A stretch of 64,000 bases of DNA from Spirochaetia bacterium (lineage in GTDB: Bacteria; Spirochaetota; Spirochaetia; Treponematales; UBA12059), in NCBI GenBank assembly GCA_034003955.1, contig JAVEXO010000001.1, positions 72,756 through 136,755 of the forward strand, in the 5' to 3' direction. The stretch's first letter is position 1. Each line of letters opens with the position of its first letter. Below, one piece after another: positions 44,908-54,347 of the stretch. The translations under genes were made by a program, and so were the position numbers. A model generated the notes under the pieces. The model had not been told where the DNA came from. It worked only from the letters and a program-made list of their open reading frames with translations, and made no database searches.

Positions 44908-46305
44908 TTAGTCGGACGAGCCTAGAACGTCGGCTGCATTTACAGATATAGGCTTGGCATCGCCGTGCCTGATGAAGAGGGTAGCAAGGAATCCCAGGAC
45001 CATGAATACAGCCGAGTACAAAGCGATGGTTCGCTGTCCTAGCCTGTCAAGGAAAACGCCTGCCAGCGCGGGTGTAATAATCTGAGCCACGGTGGTTGCA
45101 AGGTAGTAGTAGCCCATGTAGCGGCCGACATCTGCGCTCGAGCATAGCTCGACGACCATGGGACCGAGATGGACGCTGACCATGGCGAAACCAAGGCCGT
45201 AGACGGCGAAAATCGGGGTTAGGAGCCTGGCGGTTTCAGGCGTCAAGAAGTAGACGAATGATACTGATACGGCCAGGATGACGAGTCCTATCCTGGCTGT
45301 CATCTTGCGTCCAATCTTGGTTGACAGCATCGCCGAGGGGATGCAGAAGATCAGGACGGAGAAGACACGAACCAGGAGAGGGCCTGAGATGCTAGCAGGT
45401 GTCATGCCAAGTTGCTTGATGGCGTAAATGGCGAAGTGGGTGCTAAACGCGTTGTAGCCCATGTAGACGAAGACAACGACGGCGAGGATGAAGATCATGC
45501 TCTTCAACACCTCTGGAGGGATCTTCTTGCCTGTTTTGTGGGTGTCTATCTCCTCGACGAGGCCGAGACGTACGTTGTCTTCCTCTACCTGGCGGAGCAG
45601 CTTTCGCTCGCGAACGAAGATCATGTACACGGCAAGCGCGAACAGCATGACAATCGCGGATAGCATCATGAGATTGAAGTACCCGCCGTAGAGGCTGGCG
45701 AGGCGTTTGTTGAGGAGTAGGAATACAACACCGGCCAAACCTCCAAGGATGTTGAGCACGGCGTTGCCCTTGGAGCGCTGGGGGCGGATGAATACATCGG
45801 CTGCAAGCGCGGCGGCGGGAGAGCGGAAGATTGACATGAGGAATACGCCGAGGAGCAGGGCGCCCATCATGAGGACGAATATGCCTACGTTACCACGCTG
45901 TAGTGCGCCTATCTCGCCGATAAGAGCCGCCTTGGCGGCACCTGTCGTCGCGGCAGCGAATTTTGCCGGGATGCCTGCTGCGGTCAGTCGGGCAAGTTGC
46001 ATATTGTCAGCAAGACCCATCAAGACGAAGCTTATGGCCCCGCCAATGGTTCCCCACAGGATGAACGGGGTTCTGCGTCCTAGCCTGGAATTAACCTTGT
46101 CCGACAGGGCTCCGAAGAGTGGCAGGAATATGAGGGCGACGAGGTTGTCTATGCCCATGATCATGCCGAGTGTCGTTGAGTTCATGCCGAAGTGGTAGAC
46201 GAGGATCTGTGGCATGATCGTGTCGTATGCCTGCCAGAAGATGGTTATGGCGAAGAATGGAAGCGATACGAGGATTGCCTTGCGGTAATCCATCTTTGTA
46301 TTCAT
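44908..46305 (-). CDS. MFS transporter (substrate unknown; lysophospholipid/glycerophosphodiester or glycoside suspected from context)
   Basis: About 12 TM. GALSDKVNSRLGRRTPFIL (MFS loop 2-3 motif). Confidence 0.75.
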   Translation of the reverse strand: MNTKMDYRKAILVSLPFFAITIFWQAYDTIMPQILVYHFGMNSTTLGMIMGIDNLVALIFLPLFGALSDKVNSRLGRRTPFILWGTIGGAISFVLMGLADNMQLARLTAAGIPAKFAAATTGAAKAALIGEIGALQRGNVGIFVLMMGALLLGVFLMSIFRSPAAALAADVFIRPQRSKGNAVLNILGGLAGVVFLLLNKRLASLYGGYFNLMMLSAIVMLFALAVYMIFVRERKLLRQVEEDNVRLGLVEEIDTHKTGKKIPPEVLKSMIFILAVVVFVYMGYNAFSTHFAIYAIKQLGMTPASISGPLLVRVFSVLIFCIPSAMLSTKIGRKMTARIGLVILAVSVSFVYFLTPETARLLTPIFAVYGLGFAMVSVHLGPMVVELCSSADVGRYMGYYYLATTVAQIITPALAGVFLDRLGQRTIALYSAVFMVLGFLATLFIRHGDAKPISVNAADVLGSSD

Positions 46306-46464
46306 GGAATTCTCCTGCGAGCGTGATTACCTCGGAGGGAAAGTGGCCTTTGGCTATGGCTTCCCTGTCGATGGCAAGCGCGATGATACCCGGTAGACAG
46401 GCCACGCCGGAGGAGATGTAATAATCGGGTCGGGTAATGTAAGAACTTCCCGGCTGTAGGCTCC

Positions 46465-46992
46465 TTAAGCCCTCCTCTTTGTGAAACCCATGATAAGGCC
46501 AAGCGCTACAGACCAGAGCGCGGCCAGCCCTACCTGGTAGGCCGGGGGTAGGGCAAAGGTTACCGTGTGTGCCGGTACCCAGAACCAGGCTAGTGTCGCC
46601 AGGCTCTTCTCTATGCCCTTGTAGCCCTTGGTTCCTGAAATTATGTTGTCGGTAGTTCGGTGCAGTGTCATGAGGAGGGGGCCGAACATGGAATTCGTCA
46701 GGATGGATAGCGACAAGGCTCTTAGAATGGTTGTTTCCTCGCAGGCTCGTGGCAGGAGACCAGTGCCGACAAGGGCAGCCAGGAATCCCTTGAAGCCTGT
46801 AAAGGAGTACTTAACCAGTATACCGAGTAGTCCCCATACTATGGCCTTTAAAAGCCAGGCAAGAGCATTGTTTGATGGGCGTCGCTTCGAGGCTACTATA
46901 CCGAGTAATTCGCCTAGGTTCCCTAGAAGTGCAAACTGTATGAATGCCGACAAAAGCATGTTGTCACCGACCCATTCTATATACCAATCCAT
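46465..46992 (-). CDS. small 4-TM membrane protein (weak Mpv17/PMP22-like C-terminal pattern)
   Basis: 175 aa. The C-terminus WFWVPAHTVTFALPPAYQVGLAALWSVALGL loosely resembles the Mpv17/PMP22 signature. Not verified. Confidence 0.45.
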   Translation of the reverse strand: MDWYIEWVGDNMLLSAFIQFALLGNLGELLGIVASKRRPSNNALAWLLKAIVWGLLGILVKYSFTGFKGFLAALVGTGLLPRACEETTILRALSLSILTNSMFGPLLMTLHRTTDNIISGTKGYKGIEKSLATLAWFWVPAHTVTFALPPAYQVGLAALWSVALGLIMGFTKRRA

Positions 46993-47151
46993 GTCGTTCC
47001 TCCCTTTAAAAACGAAACGAGTATATACAGCGATTGATAGATACGACTAGCTTTGATGGCGCTGCGAAATTGTATTCCCGCAAGTTTGTATTTCACTGAT
47101 ATACTATATTGATATGCTCTATTCGCTAGTGCTTCAAAAAGGAATAGAAAA

Positions 47152-48963
47152 GTGAAACATCGTAGGCTTTCCAATATTACCATCTCGGTCAAACTCATCA
47201 TTCTTATTGTCATCGTCGCTATCGCCTTTAGCGCGTTGTTTGTATTGAGCCGAACGGCGTTGAGCCGGGTGTCATCGGCCCTCGATACCATGCAGTCTGT
47301 CCATGCCAGCGCGCTTAGATTGGCCCAGACTCAGAGTCTCAAGGTATATGAGGCTCAGGTGGCCCTGTACAAGGCCATAAACTATGGTTCCCAATACTAT
47401 GCGGCCTCCGAGATAGAGGCCGAGGTAGTAGCAGCCAAAGACGCGCTCAAGGAGGCTATGTCAATAGTAGCAGAACTGGCAGATTTTCCTGGACTAGGGG
47501 AGGCCGAACTCCAGGCCGTCCTGGCATCACAGGAAGCGCTTGATAGGTATTCACGCTACTCACGTAATACGCTCGGGTTCATAGAGGATTCTGCGGCGCT
47601 TGCGCTTTCTACCATGCCTGAGCTCGAGGCTCAATTCAATCTGATGGTAGAGTCTCTGGAGGCTCTCAATCAGGAGCTAGCAAAGGCAGGGACTCAGGCC
47701 AATGAGTCTGCCCAGGCAGAGGCTTCACGCCTGGTGGCTACGCTCCTCATCGTGGGACTCGTGACGGTAGGCGTGATAGTGCTCTTTTCTTTCATCATCG
47801 CACGGTCTATCACGGTGCCTATACAGGCCCTCATGCGTACCCTTGAGACGCTTAGCCAGGGTGAGTTCAGGTACAATGTCGATGTCTCAGGCGATGATGA
47901 GATGGGCATGATGGGGGGGAGCGTAGACAGGCTCATAGAGCGGATGAAGTCACTCATAGGTACCGTCAAGGATAAGGTCGTGGCTCTTGAAGAGACCGGC
48001 CAAGAACTAGCATCGAATATGGAGGAAACAGCCTCCGCCGTCATAGAGATAAACTCAAACATCGGCAGTACCAAGGCACAGCTTGGAGAACAGTCTGATT
48101 CTGTCGGAGAGGTGTCAGCGGCAATAGAGCAGTTGGCACACAATATAGTCTCACTGTCGGAACTTATAGGCAGGCAGTCACAGGTAGTCGTGCAGTCATC
48201 GGCTGCGGTGGAACAGATGATAGCCAACGTAGAGTCTGTGGCTCAGGCCTCCTCGGTAGCCGCCTCGGCAAGCGACGAATTGATTCTGGCGGGCAATGAT
48301 GGTAAACAAAGGATAGACGAGGTAGGCGAGTCTGTACGGGATATAGTCCGCGATTCAGAGAGCCTCAGCGAGGCGGCCGATATAATTGCACAAATAGCCA
48401 GCCGTACTAACCTCCTGGCCATGAACGCGGCCATAGAGGCTGCCCATGCGGGAGATTCTGGTAAGGGCTTTGCGGTGGTGGCAGACGAGATACGAAAGCT
48501 GGCTGAGCAGTCCACCGGGCAGGCCAAGGATATATCTACAGGGCTTGGCAAGGTTTCAGCAGCCATAGAGACGGTGCGTAGTGCATCCGACTATGCCGTT
48601 GACTCCTTCGGGACGGTGCTCAAACGCTCCGAGGCGCTTGGAGGCGAGGTTCGTCGCATCAATGCCTCCATGTCGGAGCAACGCGAGGGTGGGAGGCAAC
48701 TCCTGGAAGGCCTGTCTGGCCTCAAGGATATAACGGGGCAGATATCATCGGGTTCCGGCGAGATGTCTAGTGGAAATAACGCCATCTTACGGCAGATTTC
48801 TCGCCTCAATTCTGTAAACAAGCTGGTCGTCCAGAATAATGAGCAGATCAATATTGGTACCAAGGAGATTAACGAGGCCATAGTAGCCACGACAGAGCTG
48901 TCTTCCAGGACAGCCGAGCTTATTGCAGACGTCAAAGAAGCCGCCGATAAATTTGAGGTTTAG
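47152..48963 (+). CDS. methyl-accepting chemotaxis protein
   Basis: Two TM and a HAMP domain, then the conserved signalling hairpin [40 protein letters not shown]. Confidence 0.9.
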   Translation: MKHRRLSNITISVKLIILIVIVAIAFSALFVLSRTALSRVSSALDTMQSVHASALRLAQTQSLKVYEAQVALYKAINYGSQYYAASEIEAEVVAAKDALKEAMSIVAELADFPGLGEAELQAVLASQEALDRYSRYSRNTLGFIEDSAALALSTMPELEAQFNLMVESLEALNQELAKAGTQANESAQAEASRLVATLLIVGLVTVGVIVLFSFIIARSITVPIQALMRTLETLSQGEFRYNVDVSGDDEMGMMGGSVDRLIERMKSLIGTVKDKVVALEETGQELASNMEETASAVIEINSNIGSTKAQLGEQSDSVGEVSAAIEQLAHNIVSLSELIGRQSQVVVQSSAAVEQMIANVESVAQASSVAASASDELILAGNDGKQRIDEVGESVRDIVRDSESLSEAADIIAQIASRTNLLAMNAAIEAAHAGDSGKGFAVVADEIRKLAEQSTGQAKDISTGLGKVSAAIETVRSASDYAVDSFGTVLKRSEALGGEVRRINASMSEQREGGRQLLEGLSGLKDITGQISSGSGEMSSGNNAILRQISRLNSVNKLVVQNNEQINIGTKEINEAIVATTELSSRTAELIADVKEAADKFEV

Positions 48964-49577
48964 ATCCTCGGTTCGCTTCCTTGTAGCAGCCGGCCTATGT
49001 TTCTTCTGTGCATGACGATGACCAGGAGAGACGATGCCATGCAGAATGCAAAGGTCAGTGTATGGAAGCTAGCGCCGTGGTAGAGTAGTGGATACGCTAG
49101 CGGTAGGGCGATGGACGCCATAATGCTGGCGAGTGATACAAAACGAGTGATTGTTACGATGAGTATGAATGTAACGAGGCTCACGAGCGCTGCCCATGGC
49201 GCCAGAGACGCTATGACAGCCGCTCCAGTGGCTACTCCCTTGCCGCCTTTGAAGCCTAGCCACACAGGGAATATATGACCAAGTATGACGCTAGCTCCGG
49301 CTAATAGCTGCCCGGACAACAGAGCCTCGCCACTGGTCTTGGAAGCATCGGCCATGATCCATGGCGCAATACATACGACAGAGAAAGCGCCCTTGGCAGC
49401 ATCGAGCAGGAGCACCAGGGCAGCCATTCTTGGGCCAAGCACGCGTAGAGCGTTGGTTGCCCCTGAGTTGCCCGATCCTGCCTTTCGTATGTCTATGCCA
49501 CGAAACCTGCCAGCCAGGTAGGCGGCTGGAAAGGATCCGGCCAGGTACGACAGTAGTGCAATAATTATAAAAATCAT
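48960..49577 (-). CDS. plsY: glycerol-3-phosphate acyltransferase PlsY (acyl-phosphate dependent)
   Basis: Start at [11 protein letters not shown] (ATG 49577, AAGAGGA SD). [25 protein letters not shown]. Confidence 0.9.
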   Translation of the reverse strand: MIFIIIALLSYLAGSFPAAYLAGRFRGIDIRKAGSGNSGATNALRVLGPRMAALVLLLDAAKGAFSVVCIAPWIMADASKTSGEALLSGQLLAGASVILGHIFPVWLGFKGGKGVATGAAVIASLAPWAALVSLVTFILIVTITRFVSLASIMASIALPLAYPLLYHGASFHTLTFAFCMASSLLVIVMHRRNIGRLLQGSEPRI

Positions 49578-49704
49578 GGCATCCTCTTGTATACTATACT
49601 GACAAGACATAATGTTGAATATTGTCTAGAGTGTTCCATTTTAAACATAGAAATAGTTATATTCATGTTAGCAGATATATAATCTAATGATGAAAGAGGT
49701 TCTT

Positions 49705-51516
49705 ATGGAACTAGTAGACGGCTACCAACTCTACGGCTTCTTCCGCGCAGGTTCAAGACGCGTCTATGCATCTCGCAGGCATCTCGATGAAATTAATGTT
49801 TTCCCCGTGCCCGATGGCGACACGGGAACAAACCTATCGGCGACCCTGGCTGGAGCCGTCGATTCTACTGTTCCCCATGAGTCTGCCGCCATCACGCTTG
49901 CTTCACTGGCCGATGCCTCCCTGGTCTCTGCGCGAGGCAACTCAGGTGTAATATTCGCGCAGTTTGTGTCGGGCCTGAGCGAGGCTATAGCCTCTGCAGA
50001 ATTAAAGAGCCAGGAATTCACCGCAGCCGTCAAGCATGCCTACAACAGGGCCAAGACAGCAATAACAGACCCGCGTGACGGAACAATGCTGTCGATAATA
50101 GAAGACTGGGCTACGTCCCTTGCGGGTCGTACTCATGAATCCAGTAGCCTGGCCGATCTCATAGGCGCCTCCAGGGGCGATCTGAGGATATCTCTGGCAT
50201 CCACCACCGAACGCTTGGCCGAACTTAAGGCGGCAAATGTCGTAGACGCCGGCGCGGCTGGTTTCGTTGAGTTTGTAGAAGGCGGGCACGACTTCCTCGT
50301 GCATGGTGTCGATGGTTCTGACGACGCCGGCGGAATAGAAGACAGCCATTCGGATGGCCCCATTGCCCATGCTCCCTTGGTTCATGATGAGGCTCACGGC
50401 CAGGCGCCGGTAGAGGCGCCGCTCCTCAGGTACTGCACCGAGGCCATTGTTACTGGTATTGATGTCGACTCGGAAGCCATTCGCTCGAGGCTCTCACTGT
50501 TTGGCGACAGCCTCATTGTAGCCGCTGGTCGTAACCGTACAAAGATTCACGTTCATACCAACGACCCCGAAGGTGTCATGGAGAGCCTGGCAGGCTTTGG
50601 TACCCTTGGATATCAGAAGGTTGATGATATGCATCTGCAGTACGCCGATGCACATGAGCGGGTGGCATCTGTAGCCATAGTTACCGATTCGGCCTGCGAT
50701 CTTCCTCCCGAGCTTCTGGAACGTCACCATATTCACTCCGTGCCTCTCCTCCTGTCGGCAGGAGGCAGCGAGTACCTGGACAAGCTTACCCTGTCGAGCA
50801 AGCGGCTTAGAATAGTCGCCGAAGGCAAGGGGGCCTTTCCTAAGACCGCCCAACCTCCTGCTCATTTTTTCTCGCGGCTCTATTCCTATTTGGGCAGCTA
50901 TTACGAAGGTGTGGTAGCCATTCATCTTGCAGCAGCCTTGTCTGGCACCTACGAGACCAGCAGGCGAGAAGCCGAGAAGGCTAACAAGGCAGGGGGTACT
51001 GTCAGGGTCGTAGATTCAAGGCATCTGTCTGGCTCGCTCGGCCTCATCGTTCTGCGGGCAGCACGGGCCGCTGAGGCGGGAGCCTCCGCCGACGAAATAG
51101 CCAGGGATGTTCCCTCGTGGTCGGCCAAGGCACACATACTCGTGTCTGTGAAAAACCTGCGCTATATGGTAAAAGGAGGACGCGTCAGCCCGCTCAAGGG
51201 TTTTGCGGCCAAGATCCTCAATCTCAAGCCCATTGTATCCGTTGAGGAATCAGGAAAGTCAAAACTGTACGGCAAATCGTTCTCTGAGAAGAAGAATCAT
51301 GCTACCCTGGTCTCCATGGTATCGGACATACACGCCAGGGAGCCCCTGCTTTACTACGCCGTTGGGCACGCGGGGTGCCCGGAAAAGGCTGCTGTCTTTG
51401 CAGCAGCGTTGGAGGCAAGGCTCGGTTTTCCGCCCTTGTATAGTACCGACATATCATCAGTCGTAGCCCTGAACTCAGGCCCCGGCGCGGTGTCGGTGGT
51501 GGCGATGAGCAGGTAG
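49705..51516 (+). CDS. Dak2 (DhaL/FakA-type) domain fused to a DegV (FakB-type) fatty-acid-binding domain
   Basis: Start at ATG 49705 (AAGAGG SD). N-terminus NVFPVPDGDTGTNL (Dak2). Middle RYCTEAIV...KIHVHTNDPEGV. C-terminal DegV-like VAIVTDSACDLPPELLERHHIHSVPL. Confidence 0.8.
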   Translation: MELVDGYQLYGFFRAGSRRVYASRRHLDEINVFPVPDGDTGTNLSATLAGAVDSTVPHESAAITLASLADASLVSARGNSGVIFAQFVSGLSEAIASAELKSQEFTAAVKHAYNRAKTAITDPRDGTMLSIIEDWATSLAGRTHESSSLADLIGASRGDLRISLASTTERLAELKAANVVDAGAAGFVEFVEGGHDFLVHGVDGSDDAGGIEDSHSDGPIAHAPLVHDEAHGQAPVEAPLLRYCTEAIVTGIDVDSEAIRSRLSLFGDSLIVAAGRNRTKIHVHTNDPEGVMESLAGFGTLGYQKVDDMHLQYADAHERVASVAIVTDSACDLPPELLERHHIHSVPLLLSAGGSEYLDKLTLSSKRLRIVAEGKGAFPKTAQPPAHFFSRLYSYLGSYYEGVVAIHLAAALSGTYETSRREAEKANKAGGTVRVVDSRHLSGSLGLIVLRAARAAEAGASADEIARDVPSWSAKAHILVSVKNLRYMVKGGRVSPLKGFAAKILNLKPIVSVEESGKSKLYGKSFSEKKNHATLVSMVSDIHAREPLLYYAVGHAGCPEKAAVFAAALEARLGFPPLYSTDISSVVALNSGPGAVSVVAMSR

Positions 51517-51563
51517 GCTTCTCTGGGGGCAGTGTCAATTTCTATTGTTGCTCAGCCATGTCC

Positions 51564-54335
51564 CTATAGAGCCTCCACCCTCACGGCGCTCAGCTTTAAA
51601 GGCGCTATGAGGCTCGATGGGTCAAGGTTATCGCGTGTCAGCTTGTTGACCAGGGCATCGGGGAAGTGGAACGGCATGAATGTCTCTCCTGGCGTCAGCC
51701 CCTCGTCTATCCTTACGGTAGTCTCAAGCTCTCCTCGACGGGAGCTAACCCGCACAGGGCAGCCCTCGGTCAGGCTGTAGCGCAGGGCATCGTCGGGGTG
51801 CACGAGGATGTATGAATCCTTGGCGAAGGCCGACAGGGGCTTGCTCCTGAGGCTCATCGTCGACGAGTGATACTGGTAGAGGATGCGCCCCGTGTTGAGT
51901 AGTAGTGGATAGTCCCCGTCTGTTTCCTCTGCGCCGGATGCGTAGGCTACGGGTGTTATCCTGGCCAGACCATCGGGTGTATTGAACGTGTCAAGGAAGA
52001 GGGTTCTCTGGCCGGGATGATCGGCCGTGGGGCAGGGCCACTGCACGCCCTGCTGTTCCAGCCGCTCATAGTTTATGCCAGCCACGATGGGAGCCGCGGC
52101 GGCTATCTCGTCCCAGATCGATGATGCGGATGGGTAGGGCGCGGATCCGCCATAGGGGCCTATTGGGCGTTTCATGCGCCTGGCTATCTCCTGGATTATG
52201 TATGAATCCTCCCTGGCGCCGACCGGAGCCTCTACGGCCTTGCGTACCCTGAGTACCCGACGATCTGAATTGGTAAAGGTGCCGTTCTTCTCGGCAAAAC
52301 ATGCCGCCGGCAGGACTACATCGGCCTTGCGTGCCGTGGGTGTCATAAAAATATCCTGTACAAGGAGGAAATCCAGGTTTCCTACAGACTCCTCTACATG
52401 GTTGAGGTTGGGGTCTGTGTGCAGGGGGTTCTCTCCCATCACATAGAGTCCATGGATCGTGCCATCGCCTGCCGCCTTCATTATCTCTACGGTGGACAGC
52501 CCCTTTGCCGCCGGCAATTCGGCTACGGGATATCCCCAGAGCGCTGCTATGCGTGCCCTGTTGTCGTCGTCAGTTGCCTTGATGTAGCCGGGGTAGAAGA
52601 TGGGAGACGCCCCTACGTCTGTGGCGCCCTGCACATTGTTCTGGCCCCTCGGCGGACTCATCCCGGCGCCTTCCCTGCCAATCTGGCCTGTGGCAAGCAT
52701 AAGGTTAATAAGCGCGAATACGTTGTTTGTTCCAACCGCCTGCTGGCTCATGCCCATGCCGGTGGCAATGACAGATGACTTTGCCGTGGCATACAGTCTG
52801 GTAGCCTCGAAGAGCTTGTCGCCGGGGACACCACAGATCCGCTCTACTGCGCTCCTGTCGTATGGCTCCACCGCCAGCTTGAGCGCCTCAAGGCTTTCCA
52901 GTCCTCCGTAGACTCGTTTACCAATGAAGTCCTTGTCTATCCAGCCCTCTTCAATGGCTATGCGGGCCATGCCGTTTAAAAGGGCCACATCGGTGCCTAG
53001 CCTGGGTTGTAGCCAGACATCGGCGAAGTTAGCCAGGGGAGTCCAGCGGGGGTCTATGACGACAAGACGGCCGCCCTTTTTGAGGCCGCGCTTGAGATAG
53101 GTGGCCGTCACCGGGTGTGTCTCTATCATGTTGTTGCCAATGACCAAGGCGCAGCCTATTGACTCGTAATCTTCTATTGAGTTTGTGGCCGCCCCGTCTC
53201 CCAGGGCCTTGAGCATTGCGGTGACCGTCGAGGCGTGGCACAGCCTGGTACAGTAGTCGAGATTGTTGGTTCCAAAGGCTACCCGCACCAGTTTCTGAAA
53301 GAGATAATTCTCCTCATTGGTGCACTTTGCCGACGAGTAGCCCGCCAGTGCGTCGGGGCCGTACTTGTTTTTTATAGAAAGGAAGGCTGCTGCCGCAACA
53401 TCGAGGGCCTCGTCCCAGCTCGCCTCACGGAATGTGCCGTTTTCACGTATGAGGGGAACGGTTAGCCGTTCCGGGCTGTGTACATAGTCGTTGCCAAAGC
53501 GACCCTTGATGCATAGCCGACCATCGTTGGGTAGGACGCCCTCGACGCCGTCTGAGCGAACTATGCGGCCGTCTATAGTCGTCAAGGAGAGTTGGCAGCC
53601 TACGCCGCAGAATGAACAGGTAGTTTGTGTCTTTTGCGTACGCGTGCCAGCGGCTGCGATGATGGCTGCCCGCTCCGGCTTCTCTACCAGGGCTCCTGTG
53701 GGGCAGAGCTGGACGCATTCGCCGCAGCCGTCGCACTCAGAGTCTCCCCAGCCGTCCATACCGGCAGCGATGTAGGAGTGTATGCCACGTTCCAGCACCC
53801 CTATGACGCCTTTGCCCTGTACCTCGTCGCAGGCCTTTACGCAGCGGAAGCATTTGATACATTTGCTAGGGTCAAAGCTGAGTACCGGCGAGCTGTCATC
53901 GATGCATGACCAGGTTTTACCAACGAGCGGCATGCCCAGTACTGCTGTAGCCGGTCTAGGTGTCGTGATGGCGTCTGAAAGGCCGTAATGGACGCAGAGC
54001 TCTGCAAACTCGTCTCGATATGAACCATCACTGCCAAAACCACACTCGGTCATCAAGGATCCAAGGAGGAATTTGCGCTCCTCTTCTAGTTCTTCGTCGA
54101 AGGCGGTAACGACCATGCCATCAAGCACAGGCGTTGAGCATGATGTAACCAGGCCGCGCATGCCTTCTATTTTAACGATACACAGCCTGCAGGCACCCGT
54201 GGGGCTGAGCTTGCGGTGCCAGCAGAGGCTTGGTATATCAAAGCCGGCATCCCTGGCAACCTCAATGAGGAGCTTGCCGGATACGGCTTCTACTGGAGTA
54301 CCGTCTATACTTATTCTAACTGTAGCGCCATGCAT
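51564..54335 (-). CDS. fdhA: formate dehydrogenase catalytic subunit (molybdopterin/tungstopterin; Cys-type) with N-terminal Fe-S domains
   Basis: 2Fe-2S CWHRKLSPTGACRLC. Ferredoxin-type CIKCFRCVKAC and CDGCGECVQLCPTGA. MopB CSFCGVGC. The active-site region YCTRLCHAST has Cys, not an in-frame TGA. Confidence 0.88.
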   Translation of the reverse strand: MHGATVRISIDGTPVEAVSGKLLIEVARDAGFDIPSLCWHRKLSPTGACRLCIVKIEGMRGLVTSCSTPVLDGMVVTAFDEELEEERKFLLGSLMTECGFGSDGSYRDEFAELCVHYGLSDAITTPRPATAVLGMPLVGKTWSCIDDSSPVLSFDPSKCIKCFRCVKACDEVQGKGVIGVLERGIHSYIAAGMDGWGDSECDGCGECVQLCPTGALVEKPERAAIIAAAGTRTQKTQTTCSFCGVGCQLSLTTIDGRIVRSDGVEGVLPNDGRLCIKGRFGNDYVHSPERLTVPLIRENGTFREASWDEALDVAAAAFLSIKNKYGPDALAGYSSAKCTNEENYLFQKLVRVAFGTNNLDYCTRLCHASTVTAMLKALGDGAATNSIEDYESIGCALVIGNNMIETHPVTATYLKRGLKKGGRLVVIDPRWTPLANFADVWLQPRLGTDVALLNGMARIAIEEGWIDKDFIGKRVYGGLESLEALKLAVEPYDRSAVERICGVPGDKLFEATRLYATAKSSVIATGMGMSQQAVGTNNVFALINLMLATGQIGREGAGMSPPRGQNNVQGATDVGASPIFYPGYIKATDDDNRARIAALWGYPVAELPAAKGLSTVEIMKAAGDGTIHGLYVMGENPLHTDPNLNHVEESVGNLDFLLVQDIFMTPTARKADVVLPAACFAEKNGTFTNSDRRVLRVRKAVEAPVGAREDSYIIQEIARRMKRPIGPYGGSAPYPSASSIWDEIAAAAPIVAGINYERLEQQGVQWPCPTADHPGQRTLFLDTFNTPDGLARITPVAYASGAEETDGDYPLLLNTGRILYQYHSSTMSLRSKPLSAFAKDSYILVHPDDALRYSLTEGCPVRVSSRRGELETTVRIDEGLTPGETFMPFHFPDALVNKLTRDNLDPSSLIAPLKLSAVRVEAL

Positions 54336-54347
54336 TCGTGCTTCCCT

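Noticed and set aside
46306-46464. The 159-nt untranslated gap upstream of the MFS transporter as a riboswitch. It has several possible helices, a GCCACT-containing hairpin, and a CATCTCCTCC segment that could pair with the SD.
   Set aside because: I could not match any riboswitch class consensus (cobalamin, TPP, FMN, c-di-GMP). The pairings are short and could be fortuitous. It is worth a covariance-model scan, but it is not reportable as a feature.
53200-53260. Selenocysteine (in-frame TGA plus SECIS) in the formate dehydrogenase.
   Set aside because: The 923-codon frame is uninterrupted and the active-site position reads Cys (YCTRLCHAST). No recoding is needed.
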